A stretch of 39,406 nt of DNA from Bacteroidales bacterium (GTDB lineage: Bacteria; Bacteroidota; Bacteroidia; Bacteroidales; UBA12077), in assembly GCA_030156305.1 (NCBI GenBank), contig JASGMZ010000001.1, positions 1 to 39,406 on the forward strand, given 5' to 3'. Both the position numbers and the translations under genes were made by a program. Under the pieces are notes generated by a model. The model was given only the letters and a program-made list of their open reading frames with translations, did no database searches and was not told where the DNA came from. Below, in pieces: positions 18,767 through 28,472 of the stretch; the stretch's first letter is position 1; each line of letters opens with the position of its first letter.

Positions 18767-19486
18767 TTAAATATTTGTTCTTTCAACTGAATAATTAATG
18801 TATCTACTACGCATCCACCGATAGGCAAAAGTATCTTGTAAGGGTTTTAGAGATCGATTGAAGATGTTAAATTTTGATTTGCCTGCAATTCGCTCAAAAT
18901 GCTGAACATTAACTTGTTTAACAATCCCGCCTTGCAATTGGATAAGAGCAGGTATAAATCTATGCATTCCATCAAAAAATGGAATCTTTTTGGCAATTTC
19001 AGTTTTAATTACTTTTAATGGACAACCTGTATCAATAATACCGTCGTTAATTAAAGCGCGTCGAATACTATTAGCTATTAACGATTGTATCTTTTTACTA
19101 ATTGTATCTTTACGTTTCTCCCGATAACCTATTACAGCTTCGTAGTTGTCAATGTCATTTAATAAAATATCAAAATCAAAAGGCGATGTTTGTAAATCGG
19201 CATCAATGTATCCTATAAGTTCTGTTGTACAAGCATCTATTCCTGCTTTTATAGCAGAACTCAAACCACAATTCTTCCGAAACTTAATGTATTTAAAATC
19301 GGAATTAGTATTACAAATGTCGAGTATTTTACTAAAACTACCATCTGTAGAACCATCATCAATAAATAATACCTGGCTTTTGGTTTCGCTTTTAAAAAAA
19401 TATTCTATAAATGTAGCTTTAACTCTATCCAGATTATCATATTCGTTAAAGACAGGGATAATAATGGTCATTTTATATTCTGTCAT
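18767..19486 (-). CDS. GT2 polyprenyl-phosphate glycosyltransferase (ArnC/GtrB/DPM1-like)
   Basis: 239 aa. Motifs IIIPVFNE, FIDDGSTDGS and DADLQ are GT-A family 2 hallmarks. The start may be Met6 (19471). Confidence 0.85.
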   Translation of the reverse strand: MTEYKMTIIIPVFNEYDNLDRVKATFIEYFFKSETKSQVLFIDDGSTDGSFSKILDICNTNSDFKYIKFRKNCGLSSAIKAGIDACTTELIGYIDADLQTSPFDFDILLNDIDNYEAVIGYREKRKDTISKKIQSLIANSIRRALINDGIIDTGCPLKVIKTEIAKKIPFFDGMHRFIPALIQLQGGIVKQVNVQHFERIAGKSKFNIFNRSLKPLQDTFAYRWMRSRYINYSVERTNI

Positions 19487-19966
19487 AAATAGTATTAATT
19501 AATGTAACTCATAAAAATCACTGCTCCCTCAAACAGTACTGATCAAGTATTAATCCTTTTTTTAATTTGTCTTCTCAATTTCGTTGTACTTCTTAAAACA
19601 AATTTTCTATCAAAAATAAATTCAAATTTAACCTTTTATTGTATATTTAATAAATTATAAGAATAAAATTGGATGCCGGTTAATGCTTCAACAACCACTA
19701 CACTACGGCTTCGAACTCCACATATTTTCTAAAGTTATTGATATGAATATCTCTGTAATCAGTTAAAGATAGTCTCGCTATATCATTTAAGTTGATTAAG
19801 AACTTATATGTGGGAACAAACAAAAAATTATTTTTAGTTATTAATAGGGTATCTGCTTTTAGTTTTAAATATGTAATCCTATTAATTATAAGGTTTATAA
19901 TGATTAGGCTGCTACTCGTTAAGTATAGAATGGATTTGTTTTCTATATAATATAGCAACAATCCGG

Positions 19967-20178
19967 GATACGCAATACTTTAAATATATTTGTTATACAG
20001 ACCCCAATTTCTGCATAAGGTGAATTTATTTTATTTGAATAAGAAATTTGTAAATCGAACACTCCTTTTTTTTAAGCACTATTTAATTTACCGTAATGTA
20101 ATTTCAGAGAAATTATTTCTTGCAATTTCAATTTCTTAATAGCGGTATGCGGTTTAAAATTATACCTCCTCCCTTGTG
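19967..20178 (-). pseudogene. decayed internal fragment of a DUF5686-type gene (paralogous to 21434-21645)
   Basis: About 212 bp aligning by eye at roughly 90 percent with the 3' part of the 21344-23791 gene. Carries a 1-nt deletion (ccgctatta vs ccgcttatta) and an in-frame TAA. Confidence 0.7.
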
Positions 20179-20370
20179 TATTGTCGTTCCGATAACAAAA
20201 AATTGTTAGAAAGTAGAGTGTGATGTTTGATTTATCAAATTATTTTGGAATTAGTTTTAAATCTTATTATTAAAGAGAAGATATTCAGCATTTTAATTTT
20301 AAAACTTTTTTGTTTTATTTTCTATATCTATACTGTAAATTAGCAAAGTAATTGTAAAACAAAAAAATAT

Positions 20371-21222
20371 ATGAAATATATCGGAGCTCACGTAAGTGCA
20401 GCCGGCGGAGTGGAAAATGCACCAGTAAACGCCCATAAAATTGGAGCCAAAGGATTTGCACTGTTTACCAAAAATCAGCGGCAATGGAATGCTAAACCGC
20501 TAACCGATGAAAATATTCAAAAATTTAAAGAAAACTGCGAGAAATTTGGCTATGGGAAAGGAACCATTTTACCTCACGACAGTTACTTAATTAATTTGGG
20601 ACATCCCGTAAAAGCCAACCTCGAAAAATCCAGAAATGCTTTTTTAGATGAGATGCAGCGTTGCGAACAGCTGGGTATTGACCGCCTGAATTTTCATCCC
20701 GGAAGCCACTTAAACAAAACTTCGGAAGAAGCGTGCCTGAAAACCATCGCCGAATCGGTAAATATTGCCCTGGATAAAACCAAAGGGGTTACAGCCGTGA
20801 TTGAAAATACCGCCGGACAGGGAACAAACATGGGCCATACCCTTGAGCAAATAAAATATATTATTGAGCATGTAGCGGATAAAAATCGGGTAGGTGTTTG
20901 TATCGATACCGCACATGCCATGGCTGCGGGTTACGACTTTCTTTCAGATGACAGCTACAAAAAATTCTGGGACGAATTTGACAAGATTATCGGCTTTAAA
21001 TACCTGAAAGGCATGCACCTGAACGATTCCAAAAAAGATGTCGGCACCCGGGTTGACCGCCATGCAAGTATCGGAGAAGGATTTTTAGGCGAAAAAGTGT
21101 TTAAAAATTTAATGAAAGATCAACGCCTTGATGGAATTCCTTTAATCCTTGAAACGCCCAATACCGAATTATGGGAAAAGGAGATTACGTTTTTATATGA
21201 TCATATTAAACTTGACACATAA
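20371..21222 (+). CDS. nfo: deoxyribonuclease IV (endonuclease IV, AP endonuclease)
   Basis: 283 aa. [13 protein letters not shown] start, with [19 protein letters not shown] and ILETP blocks characteristic of Nfo. Confidence 0.95.
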   Translation: MKYIGAHVSAAGGVENAPVNAHKIGAKGFALFTKNQRQWNAKPLTDENIQKFKENCEKFGYGKGTILPHDSYLINLGHPVKANLEKSRNAFLDEMQRCEQLGIDRLNFHPGSHLNKTSEEACLKTIAESVNIALDKTKGVTAVIENTAGQGTNMGHTLEQIKYIIEHVADKNRVGVCIDTAHAMAAGYDFLSDDSYKKFWDEFDKIIGFKYLKGMHLNDSKKDVGTRVDRHASIGEGFLGEKVFKNLMKDQRLDGIPLILETPNTELWEKEITFLYDHIKLDT

Positions 21223-21343
21223 GTATATACAATACACAGGATTTCCTTACTTACCTTAAAAACCTATCAGAATAAATCGCATCTACATCAATTCAGAATA
21301 TCCCGTTGCAGGGCAATTAGTATTCCATTAGTCAATTTGTGTC

Positions 21344-23791
21344 TCAAAAACTCAACTCTCCCCTAAAGCGAATGCCACTTACATCTGTAAATCCAACATT
21401 TTTATAATTTTTACCTAATAAATGTACGTATTCGATACGCAATACTTTAAATATATTTGTTATACCGACACCAATTTCTGCATAAGGTGAATTTATTTTA
21501 TTTGAATAAGAAGCAGGTAAATCGAACACTCCTTTGTAAGCACTATTTAATTCCCCGTAATGCGATTTCAAAGAAATCATTTCTCGCAATTTTAATTTCT
21601 TAATAAGCGGTATACGGTTTAAAATTATACCTCCCCCGTTGTAATCCAAATGAATGTTAATATACAAATTATGTGCTAATGAAGCGTAGTGCAAAAGATT
21701 AAACCTGTATTTTGCATATCCCAGAGACATTGATCCAACCGGTTGGTCTAATAAATCATAAGGAGCATCGCCAAATAAAAAACCTCCATTTACCATGTAG
21801 CGCAATGATGTTTGTCTAATGTTCAGTTTCCCAACAATAGCACTGTGTAAATGAGAATAAACCCCAAATGAACTTAACCCTTTATCTGGCAATTTAGTTT
21901 GCCCTATATCCCAGCTAAGATTAATAACTGGTGTTTGATCGATATAATAAACCCTTGCAAAATAATATTTATCATAGTACTGCCCAAAAGCTAAGCGTAA
22001 GTTCATCAATACTCCATAGTTCTCGTAACGATTATAATTTATGTTGTTATGTGTAAAATTAACTTCCGGTGTACTTTTATTCCACAAATAATAAGGAGCA
22101 GCTTCAAAAGTGAAATCTTCTTTTGCATTGTACTCAAAGCTGAGACTCACACTCTTCTCTTCTTTTAAATATGGATTTTGCTCTTTGGAAGTTACAGCTG
22201 CAATAAAATTACCGTTTCCCCGAGTGTTTGGATTCTTTTTTATAAACTTAAGGTATTTATCTTGAGAAACTAAATTGTAATCATCGTAATAGTTAATTCT
22301 AAAAATGAATTTGTCCTCGGGTAAGGGTTGGTAAGCCATGCTGGCTCCATATTTAAATCCATTATTTTTAGTGCCGTAACCCAGGAATCCACCTACGTAA
22401 AAATTTTCAAATAATTTTTCGCCGGTTCTTAAAGGAATAGTAAATCGTTGGCCTTCGATGGCATTGGTGCTGTATAAGTCAAAAACCGGACCAACATCGA
22501 TTTTCTCTATATTTAGATAACCGGTCAGCGCCATTCCACCAACAGCATCAATGCCTTTCACTACCTGATTTTCTTTTAATTTATCTATATGCAAATAAGT
22601 ACCTGCTTTCAGCTGATTGGAGGAAAATTCCGGCTGGCTTTTCCATTCACCCGATTTTACATGGTTAAGTCGTTTTGATGTAGAATACAATGTTGTTTTA
22701 TTTACCAGCCAGTTGCCTTCAGATATCTCATCTATCCGTTCTGAACCATATTTCGAGAGGGTGTCTTTGTTTAACGTAATAGACAAATTAAAACTAATTT
22801 CCTGATCTTTGTAAAACCATTTTTCCCCTTCAGTTTTTTGGTAAGTAACATCTGCCCCAAAACCATTAACAAAGTTAATGTTAGCTTCTTTTTGAATATA
22901 TGCATAAACATTAGTAAGGGCAAAGCTGCCACTTTCAACTGTAAAACGGCCTGTAAACAATGGATTGTATTTATTTTTCGGTGTAAATGAAAAATTATAA
23001 AATTTAACGCTATCAACTACTGTACTATCGTTTAAATAAATATCGTAGTACAGTCTTGCCGAATTACTTATTGGAGAAGCAAACCCTCGTCCCAAAATGT
23101 CAATTTGTTCCTGATAAAAATCCATGTCAACCAAAACATTAAGTAATATTAAACTTTCTATAGTTTGATTAAGTTTTGGGAAAATACCATCCTTTTTACT
23201 ATAAACAATACTATCATTTCCTGCTTTAATTTCGGTTCCTAATTCAGCAAAATAAATCGGTAAAAATTTTAAATTCTGATTTTCAATTTGCATTGTAAGC
23301 TCATCCAAATTATTAAAAACTCCTTTTGATCTGGAGGAGGAGTCTACTGCAACATAGACTGCTGTACGGGAAAAAGTATTATAATCATTAATCTTTTGTA
23401 AATTTTCCCTGTTTCCCTTTTTATGTTTCAGGATTTCCTTAAATAATACTTTGGCACGCGACACTTCAGGTTTAATAATTGCTTCATTTAGCATTATTAT
23501 ATCCTTTTCTAAAGGCACACTAAGAAATTTTTTTTGGTTTTTTTTTAATCCTATTTCCTTTGAAAAATAGCCAACAGAAGAGAAAATTAGCGTATCATTT
23601 TTTACGGACGGCAACATAAAATTTCCATTAACATCAGTCATCGTTCCATAAGTTGTTCCCTTAAACCAGACATTAACAAAGGGAATTGGTTCCTTCGTTT
23701 CCTCATCATGTATATTACCCGATATTTCTTGCGCATAAATATTTATATTTGTAAATGCTATTATTATAACAATAGCAACCTTATACCACAT
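21344..23791 (-). CDS. carboxypeptidase-regulatory-like domain plus DUF5686 outer-membrane protein
   Basis: 815 aa. Signal peptide. N-terminal CarboxypepD_reg-type segment ISGNIHDEETKEPIPFVNVWFKGTTYGTMTDVNGNF. Long beta-rich region ending in an aromatic residue (ELSF). Confidence 0.8.
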   Translation of the reverse strand: MWYKVAIVIIIAFTNINIYAQEISGNIHDEETKEPIPFVNVWFKGTTYGTMTDVNGNFMLPSVKNDTLIFSSVGYFSKEIGLKKNQKKFLSVPLEKDIIMLNEAIIKPEVSRAKVLFKEILKHKKGNRENLQKINDYNTFSRTAVYVAVDSSSRSKGVFNNLDELTMQIENQNLKFLPIYFAELGTEIKAGNDSIVYSKKDGIFPKLNQTIESLILLNVLVDMDFYQEQIDILGRGFASPISNSARLYYDIYLNDSTVVDSVKFYNFSFTPKNKYNPLFTGRFTVESGSFALTNVYAYIQKEANINFVNGFGADVTYQKTEGEKWFYKDQEISFNLSITLNKDTLSKYGSERIDEISEGNWLVNKTTLYSTSKRLNHVKSGEWKSQPEFSSNQLKAGTYLHIDKLKENQVVKGIDAVGGMALTGYLNIEKIDVGPVFDLYSTNAIEGQRFTIPLRTGEKLFENFYVGGFLGYGTKNNGFKYGASMAYQPLPEDKFIFRINYYDDYNLVSQDKYLKFIKKNPNTRGNGNFIAAVTSKEQNPYLKEEKSVSLSFEYNAKEDFTFEAAPYYLWNKSTPEVNFTHNNINYNRYENYGVLMNLRLAFGQYYDKYYFARVYYIDQTPVINLSWDIGQTKLPDKGLSSFGVYSHLHSAIVGKLNIRQTSLRYMVNGGFLFGDAPYDLLDQPVGSMSLGYAKYRFNLLHYASLAHNLYINIHLDYNGGGIILNRIPLIKKLKLREMISLKSHYGELNSAYKGVFDLPASYSNKINSPYAEIGVGITNIFKVLRIEYVHLLGKNYKNVGFTDVSGIRFRGELSF

Positions 23792-23804
23792 AATTAAGTT
23801 GAAA

Positions 23805-24398
23805 TCAATTTTGTTTTTCTTTTTTCAATAACCAGTATAGCCCCTTAACACCAATTCTAATATCATCCAATCGCAGCAAAACAATAATTTTCTCAGTATA
23901 AGCTATTATCCCCCAACCTACAGCCAGATAATACATCCAGGTATAAAAACCAAAAACAAGCAGCACGAAAAAGAAGATGCCTTGCACATATCCTGCCGAC
24001 ACTGCTGAGTAAAGATGCAAACCAGGTATTTTCCCGAAACGTAAAAAAGCAATAATATAACTAAGCACAAACAAGCCCAGAAAAAGGTATAAAAACCAGG
24101 CATGAGGTTCAATATCTGTCCACTTGAAAATAAACAAACCTAAAAATGCCATTGCATAAGTGCAGATATCGGCCAGATTATCGAGTGCCGCTCCAAAATT
24201 GGTTTGTAACTTAAAAATACGAGCTATATTGCCATCAAGAATATCGCTGATTAAACTTATGCACAAAAGAATAACAAACAAGTTTTCACGCCCTGTAAGA
24301 GCTAAAAATAGAATAACAGGAAATACAAGAAGGCGGTATAGGCTAATAAAATTAGGAAGGTTTAAAATATTTTCTCCTTTAACTATTATTTTTTTCAT
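23805..24398 (-). CDS. CDP-alcohol phosphatidyltransferase family protein
   Basis: 197 aa. Exact DG(x2)AR(x8)G(x3)D(x3)D motif: DGNIARIFKLQTNFGAALDNLAD. Confidence 0.9.
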   Translation of the reverse strand: MKKIIVKGENILNLPNFISLYRLLVFPVILFLALTGRENLFVILLCISLISDILDGNIARIFKLQTNFGAALDNLADICTYAMAFLGLFIFKWTDIEPHAWFLYLFLGLFVLSYIIAFLRFGKIPGLHLYSAVSAGYVQGIFFFVLLVFGFYTWMYYLAVGWGIIAYTEKIIVLLRLDDIRIGVKGLYWLLKKEKQN

Positions 24399-24463
24399 AT
24401 TTATAACTTTAAATTTTTTGTAACATTTGATTTTAAATTTTTAAAGAAAGATTTAGGAAGCAC

Positions 24464-25558
24464 TTACCTGTTTTTTTTCTTCTGTGTAAGATTATTAATA
24501 AAATATTCAATCATTTTATACACAGAGTGCTCATTTGGTTCATCTTTACTTGTACTCATTATTTTGTCCAGATTTTTTGTTTCAAAAACAATATTGGTGT
24601 CAATATAGTTGCCAGTAAATGACATGCCCAAGGCAATACTTCTCTCTAATAAGCTAAAATCATTTTGGGCAATAAATTTGACAGGAATAATTTTTATAGG
24701 GAGTATCTTATTGATTATATTAATTATCTGGATATTTTGAATTTGATTTTTGGAAACAAAATTCATAATCACAGGAAGACTCTCTACATTTACAGCTCTC
24801 AAAAGGTACCTAACAACAGTATTTATAGGAATAAGATTTTGAGTTGCCTCAGGGTTTATTTTTACTCTTACAGTTTCATATGGATATCGGGAAGCCAGGT
24901 TATGAACTCTTTTTGTGAAATCAAAAATACCATAATCCGTTTTTGTAACTCCGCTTTGATTATGACCGACTACTTGCGACAACCTTAAAATATGTCCATT
25001 GATCCCTTTTTGGCTGATAAAATTTTTTACTACATTTTCGCCAAACCTTTTCGACTGTTCGTAATAATTTCTAAAGTACGTTATATCCTGATTTGCATAA
25101 AATTTTTCTTGAAAAGGCTCGTCAATCTTACCACATGAATAGGCAGTTCCTATAAAAAAGAAACGCGAATTTTTTGTGGCATACTTTGTATAAATTTTTA
25201 ATGAATTTTCAACTCCTTCTACATTTGTTTTAAATATTTCATCTTTCGATTTTAGGTTGTATTTTAAACTGGCTGCAAAATGAAAATAATCTACATCCTC
25301 ACTAAAAATCTCTTCCAACTGTTCCTGTGGAATCAAAAAATCTTTGTGAAGTAACGAGTAATTAAATACTTGCAAATTGGCAATATTTACCTTTTCGCCA
25401 TAGCTATTTTCTTCCAACACTTTTTTTATTCTTTCGGTTGACGAAAATTTAATGCTTGGCCGCACCAAGGCAATTACTTTATACTTATGCTTTAATAATT
25501 TGATGATGAAATGAGAGGCCACATAACCGTTTGCCCCGTTGATAATAATTGTTTTCAT
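24464..25558 (-). CDS. extended SDR, NAD(P)-dependent epimerase/dehydratase or reductase family
   Basis: 364 aa. Rossmann motif INGANGYVASH at the N-terminus and catalytic YEQSK (YxxxK). Confidence 0.8.
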   Translation of the reverse strand: MKTIIINGANGYVASHFIIKLLKHKYKVIALVRPSIKFSSTERIKKVLEENSYGEKVNIANLQVFNYSLLHKDFLIPQEQLEEIFSEDVDYFHFAASLKYNLKSKDEIFKTNVEGVENSLKIYTKYATKNSRFFFIGTAYSCGKIDEPFQEKFYANQDITYFRNYYEQSKRFGENVVKNFISQKGINGHILRLSQVVGHNQSGVTKTDYGIFDFTKRVHNLASRYPYETVRVKINPEATQNLIPINTVVRYLLRAVNVESLPVIMNFVSKNQIQNIQIINIINKILPIKIIPVKFIAQNDFSLLERSIALGMSFTGNYIDTNIVFETKNLDKIMSTSKDEPNEHSVYKMIEYFINNLTQKKKNR

Positions 25559-25590
25559 ACTAAAAGTTTCTCTGTTTTCTGTTTAAAAAT

Positions 25591-26265
25591 TTAAAGGAAT
25601 AGCACCAAAATCAACACAATACTTAAAGGAATGGTAAGGTTATCGGACCCTCGCCAGCTAATCAATTCGGCCAATGTGCCCACAACTGAAATTATTAGAG
25701 CAAGCCAAAATAATTTCAGGTCGAATACTTTAAAATGGAAATAAAATGCGATAACACTTATAATAAAACTAGATAGCAAAAAAGCCCCCGAGCCTAAATA
25801 CGTTTTCTTCAATTTACGGCCGAAGATTTTAATTCTGCCGTTAAAATTTACAATGTTTATTCCCAATATTGCTGCCATTGGATCGCTGATTGCGAGTATC
25901 AACATTGGGAGAATGAAAATAAATTTATTGCCACTTAAATCAGAAATTAAAAATGTAATGTAAATTGAAAAAGGCAATAAATAACTTCCCATTGACTTTC
26001 GCTCGATGTCGTGTATTGATTTTAATTGTTTGATTTGATAAGTAATTAACAAAACTGCAAAAAATATGCTTGCCAAAATAAGCACATACCAATGCGAAGG
26101 AAAAATATAAGGAAATGGAACCACCGCCAGTGTTGATGCAAAATGTGCAAATTTTCTTGTAAATTCGCCTTTTATTTTTAGGCGGCGATAATTCAATTCA
26201 TTAAAAATCAATATAAGGGTGATTCCAAGCAAATAAACAAAAGAAAGTACAATTATATTAATCAT
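25591..26265 (-). CDS. dolichol/phytol-kinase-like protein (CTP-dependent polyprenol kinase / CTP_transf_1 superfamily)
   Basis: 224 aa, polytopic. RKFAHF, SDPMAAILG and C-terminal GSDNLTIPL resemble the conserved blocks of Sec59/VTE5-type kinases. Confidence 0.6.
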   Translation of the reverse strand: MINIIVLSFVYLLGITLILIFNELNYRRLKIKGEFTRKFAHFASTLAVVPFPYIFPSHWYVLILASIFFAVLLITYQIKQLKSIHDIERKSMGSYLLPFSIYITFLISDLSGNKFIFILPMLILAISDPMAAILGINIVNFNGRIKIFGRKLKKTYLGSGAFLLSSFIISVIAFYFHFKVFDLKLFWLALIISVVGTLAELISWRGSDNLTIPLSIVLILVLFL

Positions 26266-26284
26266 TCCGTTTTCTTAAATAATA

Positions 26285-27013
26285 TTAAAATTTCAAAACA
26301 TATACGCAGAACGCAACCCAAGCACTAGCTGCAATCAAGCTTTCGAACCTATCGAGAAAACCACCGTGGCCAGGAATTAGATTGCTGTAATCTTTTACAT
26401 TAAATTTTCGCTTATAAAATGAAGCTGTCAAATCGCCCGCAAAAGCAAAAACCACAATTCCAAGCGTTAGGATAAGTAATTCCAGTTTAGTTCCGGTAAA
26501 TAGATTCTTGAGCAGAAAAGCACTGCCAATTGCAATTATTCCGCCACCGATAAAACCTCCCCATGTTTTGTTAGGGCTGATTTTTGGAAACAGTTTTTTC
26601 CGCCCCCAAAGTTGTCCTGTTATTTGACTGAAACTGTCAAAAATAGAGAGTACAATAAAGGAAAACAGGATTAGCTCTTTTTGCAATGTACCAAACAATA
26701 CAAAGCCCGTTGAAAGCATTACATAAAATAGCACTGAAAAAAAATAGAACCGTTTATGCCTGTAACCTGATTGATGAAAAAGCCGAAACAATTCGTACAT
26801 ACCAACACCAATAATCAAAACCGACAAGTATCGAAAAACAACTGGATTTATGACAATACTGAAGAATATGATATTGATGATGAAAAAATAAGTCACAAAT
26901 TTGAGGTTATTCTTCCGTGCAATATCGTATTCTTTTTTTCGATTGATAAAATAAAAACCAACTCCGCCCAGCAGAAAATAAATTAGAATTATATAATAAA
27001 TAATGTGAATCAT
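26285..27013 (-). CDS. cdsA: phosphatidate cytidylyltransferase (CDP-diglyceride synthase family)
   Basis: 242 aa. CdsA signature SFYKRKFNVKDYSNLIPGHGGFLDRFES, plus SPNKTWGGFIGG. Confidence 0.85.
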   Translation of the reverse strand: MIHIIYYIILIYFLLGGVGFYFINRKKEYDIARKNNLKFVTYFFIINIIFFSIVINPVVFRYLSVLIIGVGMYELFRLFHQSGYRHKRFYFFSVLFYVMLSTGFVLFGTLQKELILFSFIVLSIFDSFSQITGQLWGRKKLFPKISPNKTWGGFIGGGIIAIGSAFLLKNLFTGTKLELLILTLGIVVFAFAGDLTASFYKRKFNVKDYSNLIPGHGGFLDRFESLIAASAWVAFCVYVLKF

Positions 27014-27036
27014 GTATTATCGTTTACCTTTTATAA

Positions 27037-27834
27037 TTATTTAACAAGCATTAAAATACCCAGTACAACCATTAAGGCTGCATACAAATACCTAACTTTA
27101 TTTTCGAAGTTGCCGGTTTTAATTTTTGACAAAAACCTGGGCCCAATTAACGCCCCGATAATTGAACCTGTTGTTAAAAAATAAACCAGTGTAAGGTCTA
27201 TTCTTCCAACCAAAAAGTGGGCGCCTATTGCAAAAATCGTATTACTTAAAACTACAATCAGCGAAGTGCCAATTACCTTTTTCAACGGAATATTCAAACT
27301 AAACAAACCAGCTAAAACAGGAGCTGTTCCGCTGGTCCCGAATGTTCCCGTAATTGTTCCGGCAAGAAATCCGAAAAACGAACTTTTTAAATTTTTTGCG
27401 AACCGAGATAATTCGTTCAGCCTATTTCTATTTTTTTCTGCTTGTTTATTGTGCCTTGCATCCCATACAATATTCAAAGCAATTGCCACAGAATAAATAC
27501 CAAAGCTTATTTTCAACTGCTCTGCACTTATCCTGCTCGTAATTTCTGCACCAAAAAAAGCACCTGCAATTCCTGCCAAAGCAAACAATACCCCAATCCC
27601 AAAATCGATGTTTCTATTGTGGAAGTGGGACAATGAACCAACAATGCATATAGGCAAAGTGGCAACTAGTGAAGTAATAACTGCGGTTTGTGCGGGCACT
27701 CTAACCAGCAGGATAAGAATTGGCAAGAAAAAAAACCCCCCGCCACCACCGAGCATAGTTCCAAACAAGCCAACAATAAAACCTACCAATGGCAGTATAT
27801 AATAGCTGTTTTGTATTTCAGAAAATTCAATCAT
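27037..27834 (-). CDS. TauE/SafE family anion (sulfite/sulfonate-type) permease
   Basis: 265 aa. Two-fold repeat of 3-4 TM helices with Gly-rich GGGGGFF and PxxG-like motifs typical of TauE/SafE. Confidence 0.85.
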   Translation of the reverse strand: MIEFSEIQNSYYILPLVGFIVGLFGTMLGGGGGFFFLPILILLVRVPAQTAVITSLVATLPICIVGSLSHFHNRNIDFGIGVLFALAGIAGAFFGAEITSRISAEQLKISFGIYSVAIALNIVWDARHNKQAEKNRNRLNELSRFAKNLKSSFFGFLAGTITGTFGTSGTAPVLAGLFSLNIPLKKVIGTSLIVVLSNTIFAIGAHFLVGRIDLTLVYFLTTGSIIGALIGPRFLSKIKTGNFENKVRYLYAALMVVLGILMLVK

Positions 27835-27839
27835 TCGTT

Positions 27840-28472
27840 TTATTTATGTTGCCAGGTTATTCTATTTAGTTCCAGAACACCCAGTGTATGTTGCATTTTT
27901 GCAGATTGTAAAATTCCATTTTCGTAATAATATCTGTTTAGCTCCCTTTCATTTTCGTCTTTAATGATATAGATGTGCTCTCTCACCGGAGCAATACTCC
28001 TCATTTCCGCACACCTTTCGTTGTATATTCGTTTAATTGCATTGGGTTCGTTGAAGTAAAGTAAGCTTCCGCTGTAAGTAATAGAATCATTAATAATTAT
28101 TGTATCCCCATCAGCAACAAGCAGATATGATCCTTTTTCAAAATTTAACCACATATTAGAATTTAATTTTCCGTTTTTATAAGTTTTAATATGCGAATTT
28201 TGCAGAACACCTTCTTTATACATCGTATTTTGAACATATTTAATGTGATAGGAAAAAAGAAGATTTACTTTTATGTCTGTTATTGCTTCAATATATATCA
28301 TTCCATTATTGTTGGTTTGGATAACAGAAAATTCACCAACATTTGCACCCAACATGTGTATGCTATATTTAGTAGACAACTCTTTAGGCTTAGCTGAAAC
28401 GGATGTAAAAAATATAATGCCGAGCAGAAAACCCAAAATGTATTTGATTTGCCTATTTTCAGTTGTATTCAT
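27840..28472 (-). CDS. secreted hypothetical protein, DUF6134-like
   Basis: 210 aa. Signal peptide ILGFLLGIIFFTSVSA, then a beta-rich sequence. The family assignment is from memory and tentative. Confidence 0.55.
   Translation of the reverse strand: MNTTENRQIKYILGFLLGIIFFTSVSAKPKELSTKYSIHMLGANVGEFSVIQTNNNGMIYIEAITDIKVNLLFSYHIKYVQNTMYKEGVLQNSHIKTYKNGKLNSNMWLNFEKGSYLLVADGDTIIINDSITYSGSLLYFNEPNAIKRIYNERCAEMRSIAPVREHIYIIKDENERELNRYYYENGILQSAKMQHTLGVLELNRITWQHK

Noticed and set aside
19698-19961. 87-aa minus-strand ORF (TTG start) adjacent to the DUF5686 gene fragment
   Set aside because: It is out of frame with the pseudogene fragment and has an extremely AT-rich Ile/Leu/Asn composition, an alternative start and no motif. 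Most likely non-coding.
27266-27927. Five plus-strand ORFs of 62-79 aa overlapping the TauE gene, and similar ones in the CdsA, SDR, GT2 and GT39 genes
   Set aside because: They are antisense to well-supported membrane-protein genes and have no motifs. Shadow ORFs.
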